Source: the human T2T-CHM13v2.0 reference genome, Homo sapiens
Length of the DNA stretch: 64,000 bases
Assembly: GCF_009914755.1 (NCBI RefSeq)
Contig: NC_060939.1
Direction: 5' to 3' (one strand)
The translations under genes and the position numbers were made by a program. Within the stretch, counting starts at the first letter, position 1, and each line of letters begins with the position of its first letter. Shown here one piece after another: positions 55,101 to 64,000 of this stretch. The notes below the pieces were generated by a model. That model saw only the letters and a list, made by a program, of their open reading frames with translations. It did not search any database and was not told the origin of the DNA.

Positions 55101-58100
55101 TCCTTTCCATTCGAGTGCATTCCATTCCGTTCCATTTCTTTCCGTTCTGTACGATTCCTACCGTTCGATTTCATTTTGTTCCAGTCCATTCCTTTCGCGT
55201 CCATTCCATTCCATTTCACTCCATTCGATTCCATTCCACTCGATTCCACTTCGTTCCATTTCATTGCATTCCATTCTATTCAACTCTATTGCCTTCCATT
55301 CCATTCCATTCGATTACATTCCATGCGATTCCATTCGAAATCGAATCAATTACATTGCAATCCATTACTATTGAGTCCATTTTATTCCAGTCCACTGCAT
55401 TCTGGTCCATTCCATTTGATTCCATTCCATTCTATTCCATTCCATACAGTTGCATTCCATTGGATTCCATTCTATATCTATAAATTCAATTCGAGACCAT
55501 TGCTTTTGAGTCCATTCTATATGATTCCATTCCATTCAAGTCCATTACATTTGGTTCAATTCCATTCCATTCCAGTTGATATCAATCCATTCGATTCCAT
55601 TCCATTCGAGCACATTCCATTCGAGTCCATTCCATTCGATGCCATTCCATTTGATTCTATTCCATTAGTCTCCATTCAATTCCATTAATCTCCATTCCAT
55701 TCCATTCTACTCCAACTGATTCCATTCCATTCTATTCCTTTCCATTCCATTTCATTCCATTCCATTCCATTTCATTCCATTCCATTCCATTCGTGTCCAT
55801 TCCTCTCCAGTCCATTCCATTCGTGTCCATTCCATTCCAGTCCATTCCATTTGTGTCCACTGCATTCCATTCCACTCCATTCCATATTATTCCATTACAC
55901 TCCATTCCATTCTATTACTTTCATTTCCATTCAATTCCATTCCATTTGATTCCATTCCACTCGGTTTCATTCCATTTGAGTCCACTCCATTCCATTCCAT
56001 TCCATTCCATTCAGTTCCATTCCATTCTGTTCCATTCCATTCCGTTCCATTACATTCCATTCCATTCGGTACCATTCCATATTGTTCCATTCGATTCCAT
56101 TCTAATCCATTCCATTCCAGTCCATTCCCTTCGATTCCATTCCATTCATTTCAATTCCATTCCATTCCATTCCATTACATTCCACTTGATTCCTCTCCAT
56201 TCCCTTCCACTGCATTCCGTTCGATTCCATTCCATTGCATTGCATTCCATTCCATTGGATTGCATTCCATTCGATTCCATTCCATTCGAATCAATTACAT
56301 AGCAATCCATTACATTCGAGTGTATTCTATTCCGTTCCATTCGATTTCGTTCCAATCCATTTGATTCCATTCCATTCGATTCCATTCCATACTATTGCAT
56401 TCCATTTGATTACATTATATTCGAATAAGTTCCATTCAAGACCATTTCTTTTGAGTCCATTCTATTTGAGTCCATTCCCTTTGATTCCATAACATTTGAG
56501 TCCATTCAATTCCATTCCTTTCGTTTCCATTCCATTTGATGCCATTCCATTCAATTCTGTTCTACTCGACTCCAATACAGTCAGTTCCATTCCATCCGAT
56601 TCCATTACATTCTTTTCATTTCTTATCCATTTCAAGCCATTCCACTCCATTCCATTCCACTCGTTTCCTTTCCATTCGAGTCCATTCCTCTCCAGTCCAT
56701 TCCGTTCAATCCATTCCATTCCAGTCCATTCCATTCGAGTCCGTTCCATTCCAGTCCATTCCATTCGAGTCAATTCCATCCCATTCGATGTCTTTCCATA
56801 ACGATCCATTCCATTCTATTCCTTTCGATTCCATTCCATTCTATTTCATTCCATTCGATTCCCTTCCATTGGACTCCTTTCCATTCGAGTGCATTCCATT
56901 CCGTTCCATTTCTTTCCGTTCTGTACGATTCCTACCGTTCGATTTCATTTTGTTCCAGTCCATTCCTTTCGCGTCCATTCCATTCCATTTCACTCCATTC
57001 GATTCCATTCCACTCGATTCCACTTCGTTCCATTTCACTGCATTCCATTCTATTCAACTCTATTGCCTTCCATTCCATTCCATTCGATTACATTCCATGC
57101 GATTCCATTCGAAATCGAATCAATTACATTGCAATCCATTACTATTGAGTCCATTTTATTCCAGTCCACTGCATTCTGGTCCATTCCATTTGATTCCATT
57201 CCATTCTATTCCATTCCATACAGTTGCATTCCATTGGATTCCATTCTATATCTATAAATTGAATTCGAGACCATTGCTTTTGAGTCCATTCTATAGGATT
57301 CCATTCCATTCAAGTCCATTACATTTGGTTCAATTCCATTCCATTCCATTCCCTTCCATTCCATTCCAGTTGATATCAATCCATTCGATTCCATTCCATT
57401 CGAGCACATTCCATTCGAGTCCATTCCATTCGATGCCATTCCATTTGATTCTATTCCATTAGTCTCCATTCAATTCCATTAATTTCCATTCCATTCCATT
57501 CTACTCCAACTGATTCCATTCCATTCTATTCCTTTCAATTCCATTTCATTCCATTCCATTCCATTTCATTCCATTCCATTCCATTTCATTCCATTCCATT
57601 CCATTCGTGTCCATTCCATTCCAGTCCATTCCATTTGTGTCCACTACATTCCATTCCACTCCATTCCATATTATTCCATTACACTCCATTCCATTCTATT
57701 ACTTTCATTTCCATTCAATTCCATTCCATTTGATTCCATTCCACTCGGTTTCATTCCATTTGAGTCCACTCCATTCCATTCCATTCCATTCAGTTCCATT
57801 CCATTCTGTTCCATTCCATTCCGTTCCATTACATTCCATTCCATTCGGTACCATTCCATATTGTTCCATTCGATTCCATTCGAATCCATTCCATTCCAGT
57901 CCATTCCATTCGATTCCATTCCATTCGTTTCAATTCCATTCCATTCCATTCCATTACATTCCACTTGATTCCTCTCCATTCCCTTCCACTGCATTCCGTT
58001 CGATTCCATTCCATTGCATTGCATTCCATTCCATTGGATTGCATTCCATTCGATTCCATTCCATTCGAATCAATTACATAGCAATCCATTACATTCGAGT

Positions 58101-60069
58101 CTATTCTATTCCGTTCCATACGATTTCGTTAAAAATCCATTCGATTCCATTCCATTCGATTCCATTCCATACTATTGCATTCCATTCGATTACATTATAT
58201 TCGAATAAGTTCCATTCAAGACCATTTCTTTTGAGTCCATTCTATTTGAGTCCATTCCCTTTGATTCCATAACATTTGAGTCCATTCAATTCCATTCCTT
58301 TCGTTTCCATTCCATTTGATGCCATTCCATTCAATTCTGTTCTACTCGACTCCAATACATTCAATTCCATTCCATCCGATTCCATTACATTCTTTTCATT
58401 TCTTATCCATTTCAAGCCATTCCACTCCATTCCATTCCACTCGTTTCCTTTCCATTCGAGTCCATTCCTCTCCAGTCCATTCCGTTCAATCCATTCCATT
58501 CCAGTCCATTCCATTCGAGTCCGTTCCATTCCAGTCCATTCCATTCGAGTCAATTCCATCCCATTCGATGTCTTTCCACAACGATCCATTCCATTCTATT
58601 CCTTTCGATTCCATTCCATTCTATTTCATTCCATTCGATTCCCTTCCATTGGACTCCTTTCCATTCGAGTGCATTCCATTCCGTTCCATTTCTTTCCGTT
58701 CTGTACGATTCCTACCGTTCGATTTCATTTTGTTCCAGTCCATTCCTTTCGCGTCCATTCCATTCCATTTCACTCCATTCGATTCCATTCCACTCGATTC
58801 CACTTCGTTCCATTTCATTGCATTCCATTCTATACAACTCTATTGCCTTCCATTCCATTCCATTCGATTACATTCCATGCGATTCCATTCGAAATCGAAT
58901 CAATTACATTGCTATCCATTACTATTGAGTCCGTTTTATTCCAGTCCACTGCATTCTGGTCCATTCCATTTGATTCCATTCCATTCTATTCCATTCCATA
59001 CAGTTGCATTCCATTGGAGTCCATTCTATATCTATAAATTCAATTCGAGACCATTGCTTTTGAGTCCATTCTATATGATTCCATTCCATTCAAGTCCATT
59101 ACATTTGGTTCAATTCCATTCCATTCCATTCCCTTCCATTCCATTCCAGTTGATATCAATCCATTCGATTCCATTCCATTCGAGCACATTCCATTCGAGT
59201 CCATTCCATTCGATGCCATTCCATTTGATTCTATTCCATTAGTCTCCATTCAATTCCATTAATCTCCATTCCATTCCATTCTACTCCAAATGATTCCATT
59301 CCATTCTATTCCTTTCCATTCCATTTCATTCCATTCCATTCCATTTCATTCCATTCCATTCCATTCGTGTCCATTCCACTCCAGTCCATTCCATTCGTGT
59401 CCATTCCATTCCAGTCCATTCCATTTGTGTCCACTGCATTCCATTCCACTCCATTCCATATTATTCCATTACACTCCATTCCATTCTCTTACTTTCATTT
59501 CCATTCAATTCCATTCCATTTGATTCCATTCCACTCGGTTTCATTCCATTTGAGTCCACTCCATTCCATTCCATTCCATTCCATTCAGTTCTATTCCATT
59601 CTGTTCCATTCCATTCCGTTCCATTACATTCCATTCCATTCGGTACCATTCCATAGTGTTCCATTCGATTCCATTCGAATCCATTCCATTCCAGTCCATT
59701 CCATTCGATTCCATTCCATTCATTTCAATTCCATTCCATTCCATTCCATTACATTCCACTTGATTCCTCTCCATTCCCTTCCACTGCATTCCGTTCGATT
59801 CCATTCCATTGCATTGCATTCCATTCCATTGGATTGCATTCCATTCGATTCCATTCCATTCGAATCAATTACATAGCAATCCATTACATTCAAGTCTATT
59901 CTATTCCCTTCCATTCGATTTCGTTCCAATCCATTCGATTCCATTCCATTCGATTCCATTCCATACTATTGCATTCCATTCGATTACATTATATTCGAAT
60001 AAGTTCCATTCAAGACCATTTCTTTTGAGTCCATTCTATTTGAGTCCATTCCCTTTGATTCCATAACAT

Positions 60070-63000
60070 TTGAGTCCATTCAATTCCATTCCTTTCGTTT
60101 GCATTCCATTTGATGCCATTCCATTCAATTCTGTTCTACTCGACTCCAATACATTCAATTCCATTCCATCCGATTCCATTACATTCTTTTCATTTCTTAT
60201 CCATTTCAAGCCATTCCACTCCATTCCATTCCACTCGTTTCCTTTCCATTCGAGTCCATTCCTCTCCAGTCCATTCCGTTCAATCCATTCCATTCCAGTC
60301 CATTCTATTCGAGTCCGTTCCATTCCAGTCCATTCCATGCGAGTCAATTCCATCCCATTCGATGTCTTTCCATAAAGATCCATTCCATTCTATTCCTTTC
60401 GATTCCATTCCATTCTATTTCATTCCATTCGATTCCCTTCCATTGGACTCCTTTCCATTCGAGTGCATTCCATTCCGTTCCATTTCTTTCCGTTCTGTAC
60501 GATTCCTACCGTTCGATTTCATTTTGTTCCAGTCCATTCCTTTCGCGTCCATTCCATTCCATTTCACTCCATTCGATTCCATTCCACTCGATTCCACTTC
60601 GTTCCATTTCATTGCATTCCATTCTATTCAACTCTATTGCCTTCCATTCCATTCCATTCGATTACATTCCATGCGATTCCATTCGAAATCGAATCAATTA
60701 CATTGCAATCCATTACTATTGAGTCCATTTTATTCCAGTCCACTGCATTCTGGTCCATTCCATTTGATTCCATTCCATTCTATTCCATTCCATACAGTTG
60801 CATTCCATTGGATTCCATTCTATATCTATAAATTCAATTGGAGACCATTGCTTTTGAGTCCATTCTATATGATTCCATTCCATTCAAGTCCATTACATTT
60901 GGTTCAATTCCATTCCATTCCATTCCCTTCCATTCCATTCCAGTTGATATCAATCCATTCGATTCCATTCCATTCGAGCACATTCCATTCGAGTGCATTC
61001 CATTCGATGCCATTCCATTTGATTCTATTCCATTAGTCTCCATTCAATTCCATTAATCTCCATTCCATTCCATTCTACTCCAACTGATTCCATTCCATTC
61101 TATTCCTTTCCATTCCATTTCATTCCATTCCATTCCATTTCATTCCATTCCATTCCATTCGCTTCCATTCCATTCGTGTCCATTCCACTCCAGTCCATTC
61201 CATTCGTCTCCATTCCATTCCAGTCCATTCCATTTGTGTCCACTGCATTCCATTCCACTCCATTCCATATTATTCCTTTACACTCCGTTCCATTCTATTA
61301 CTTTCATTTCCATTCAATTCCATTCCATTTGATTCCATTCCACTCGGTTTCATTCCATTTGAGTCCACTCCATTCCATTCCATTCCATTCCATTCAGTTC
61401 CATTCCATTCTGTTCCATTCCATTCCGTTCCATTGCATTCCATTCCATTCGGTACCATTCCATATTGTTCCATTCGATTCCATTCGAATCCATTCCATTC
61501 CAGTCCATTCCATTCGATTCCATTCCATTCCTTTCAATTCCATTCCATTCCATTCCATTCCACTTGATTCCACTCCATTCCCTTCCACTGCATTCCATTC
61601 GATTCCATTCCATTGCATTGCATTCCATTCCATTGGACTGCATTCCATTCGATTCCATTCCATTCGAATCAATTACATAGCAATCCATTACATTCGAGTC
61701 TATTCTATTCCGTTCCATTCGATTTCGTTCCTATCCATTCGATTCCATTCCATTCGATTCCATTCCATACTATTGCATTCCATTCGATTACATTATATTC
61801 GAATAAGTTCCATTCAAGACCATTTCTTTTGAGTCCATTCTATTTGAGTCCATTCCCTTTGATTCCATAACATTTGAGTCCATTCAATTCCATTCCTTTC
61901 GTTTGCATTCCATTTGATGCCATTCCATTCAATTCTGTTCTACTCGACTCCAATACATTCAATTCCATTCCATCCGATTCCATTACATTCTTTTCATTTC
62001 TTATCCATTTCAAGCCATTCCACTCCATTCCATTCCACTCGTTTCCTTTCCATTCGAGTCCATTCCTCTCCAGTCCATTCCGTTCAATCCATTCCATTCC
62101 AGTCCGTTCCATTCGAGTCCGTTCCATTCCAGTCCATTCCATTTGAGTCAATTCCATTCCATTCGATGTCTTTCCATAACGATCCATTCCATTCTATTCC
62201 TTTCGATTCCATTCCATTCTATTTCATTCCATTCGATTCCCTTCCATTGGACTCCTTTCCATTCGAGTGCATTCCATTCCGTTCCATTTCTTTCCGTTCT
62301 GTACGATTCCTACCGTTCGATTTCATTTTGTTCCAGTCCATTCCTTTCGCGTCCATTCCATTCCATTTCACTCCATTCGATTCCATTCCACTCGATTCCA
62401 CTTCGTTCCATTTCATTGCATTCCATTCTATTCAACTCTATTGCCTTCCATTCCATTCCATTCGATTACATTCCATGCGATTCCATTCGAAATCGAATCA
62501 ATTACATTGCAATCCATTACTATTGAGTCCGTTTTATTCCAGTCCACTGCATTCTGGTCCATTCCATTTGATTCCATTCCATTTTATTCCATTCCATACA
62601 GTTGCATTCCATTGGATTCCATGCTATATCTATAAATTCAATTCGAGACCATTGTTTTTGAGTCCATTCTATATGTTTCCATTCCATTCAAGTCCATTAC
62701 ATTTGGTTCAATTCCATTCCATTCCATTCCCTTCCATTCCATTCCAGTTGATATCAATCCATTCGATTCCATTCCATTCGAGCACATTCCATTCGAGTCC
62801 ATTCCATTCGATGCCATTCCATTTGATTCTATTCCATTAGTCTCCATTCAATTCCATTAATCTCCATTCCATTCCATTCTACTCCAACTGATTCCATTCC
62901 ATTCTATTCCTTTGCATTCCATTTCATTCCATTCCATTCCATTTCATTCCATTCCATTCCAATCGCTTCCATTCCATTCATGTCCATTCCACTCCAGTCC

Positions 63001-64000
63001 ATTCCATTTGTGTCCACTGCATTCCATTCCACTCCATTCCATATTATTCCATTACACTCCATTCCATTCTATTACTTTCATTTCCATTCAATTCCATTCC
63101 ATTTGATTCCATTCCACTCGGTTTCATTCCATTTGAGTCCACTCCATTCCATTCCATTCCATTCCATTCAGTTCCATTCCATTCTGTTCCATTGCATTCC
63201 ATTCCATTCGGTACCATTCCATATTGTTCCATTCGATTCCATTCGAATCCATTCCATTCCAGTCCATTCCATTCGATTCCATTCCATTCCTTTCAATTCC
63301 ATTCCACTCCATTCCATTCCACTTGATTCCACTCCATTCCCTTCCACTGCATTCCATTCGATTCCATTCCATTGCATTGCATTCCATTCCATTGGACTGC
63401 ATTCCATTCGATTCCATTCCATTCGAATCAATTACATAGCAATCCATTACATTCGAGTCTATTCTATTCCGTTCCATTCGATTTCGTTCCAATCCATTCG
63501 ATTCCATTCCATTCGATTCCATTCCATACTATTGCATTCCATTCGATTACATTATATTCGAATAAGTTCCATTCAAGACCATTTCTTTTGAGTCCATTCT
63601 ATTTGAGTCCATTCCCTTTGATTCCATAACATTTGAGTCCATTCAATTCCATTCCTTTCGTTTCCATTCCATTTGATGCCATTCCGTTCAATTCTGTTCT
63701 ACTCGACTCCAATACATTCAATTCCATTCCATCCGATTCCATTACATTCTTTTCATTTCTTATCCATTTCAAGCCATTCCACTCCATTCCATTCCACTCG
63801 TTTCCTTTCCATTCGAGTCCATTCCTCTCCAGTCCATTCCGTTCAATCCATTCCATTCCAGTCCATTCCATTCGAGTCCGTTCCATTCCAGTCCATTCCA
63901 TTCGAGTCAATTCCATTCCATTCGATGTCTTTCCATAACGATCCATTCCATTCTATTCCTTTCGATTCCATTCCATTCTATTTCATTCCATTCGATTCCC
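60070..64000 (+). repeat. Second copy of the 42205-46135 block (runs off the window end)
   Basis: Same diagnostic variants at +17865. Only a handful of private differences were noticed by eye (for example ~60306, ~61208, ~62914). Confidence 0.88.

Larger units (their letters stand above)
1140..63632 (+). repeat. 35 complete tandem copies of a ~1.8 kb higher-order unit, plus partial copies at both ends
   Basis: The same anchor (TTGAGTCCATTCAATTCCATTCCTTTCGTTT, start of the MSPFNSIPF pseudo-ORF) recurs at 1140, 2939, 4683, 6417, 8191, 9990, 11794, 13578, 15392, 17200, 18998, 20757, 22550, 24359, 26152, 27901, 29665, 31458, 33262, 35066, 36859, 38618, 40411, 42205, 44009, 45768, 47562, 49350, 51124, 52918, 54722, 56496, 58276, 60070, 61874 and 63633. 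Spacings are 1734-1814 bp. Confidence 0.97.
1..64000 (+). repeat. Human Satellite 3 (HSat3 / satellite III) array of diverged (CATTC)n, C-rich strand on +
   Basis: Every line consists of CCATT pentamers and near variants (CGATT, CTATT, CAATT, GCATT, GAGTC, CAGTC). There is no unique sequence and no strand switch. Long CATTCCATTC runs without a short, strict CATTCGATTC-based period favour HSat3 over HSat2. Confidence 0.97.
1..64000 (+). repeat. Probable subfamily: 1.8 kb KpnI satellite III, D15Z1 / HSat3A5 (chr15 p-arm heterochromatin)
   Basis: Seen: ~1.8 kb period with one KpnI site GGTACC per unit (712, 4260, 5994 and so on). Established: D15Z1 is the 1.8 kb KpnI satellite III family of chromosome 15. 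Inference: the chromosome assignment, which needs k-mer or alignment confirmation because related arrays on other acrocentrics or in apes cannot be excluded. Confidence 0.75.

Noticed and set aside
14409-55580. The 20-bp duplication (14-18 kb) and 20-bp deletion (50 and 55 kb) as reciprocal products of one crossover
   Set aside because: The duplicated 20-mer (GGTTCAATTCCATTCCATTC) and the deleted 20-mer (CATTCCCTTCCATTCCATTC) are adjacent but different segments.
1-64000. CRISPR-like or other repeat-spacer system
   Set aside because: There are no unique spacers, no palindromic direct repeats and no associated genes. Variable positions are point variants of the pentamer.
1-64000. Assignment to DYZ1 (Yq12) or to the HSat2 1.8 kb family of chr1
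   Set aside because: The basic period is ~1.79 kb with near-identical neighbours rather than ~3.6 kb. There is no per-unit EcoRI site, and the pentamer composition is HSat3-like. Not formally excluded without alignment.
1-64000. Embedded transposon, inversion or unique-sequence island
   Set aside because: All 35 anchor spacings fall within 1734-1814 bp, leaving no room for an insertion. No GGAAT-strand segment or poly-A tail was seen.

Overview
The whole 64 kb window is one uninterrupted array of diverged (CATTC)n/(GGAAT)n satellite, i.e. Human Satellite 3 (classical satellite III) type heterochromatin. The C-rich strand is on + throughout. It is built from about 36 head-to-tail copies of a ~1.8 kb higher-order unit (1734-1814 bp, mean ~1786). 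Each unit normally carries one KpnI site and one EcoRV site, which fits the 1.8 kb KpnI family D15Z1 (HSat3A5, chr15 short arm); that placement is an inference. I see no genes, RNA genes, transposons, CRISPR arrays or inversions. All ORFs in the track are low-complexity read-throughs of the pentamer. I find no evidence of a new gene-based biological system. What is worth a second look is the array's architecture: the 1.8 kb unit is itself an ancient dimer of ~0.83 and ~0.97 kb halves, unit lengths are quantised at 4 mod 5, and shared variants define 2-, 3-, 6- and 10-unit duplications and mosaic units. There are also CpG-decay and dinucleotide-mutation footprints. All comparisons were made by eye and with the ORF track as anchors; no alignment was run.
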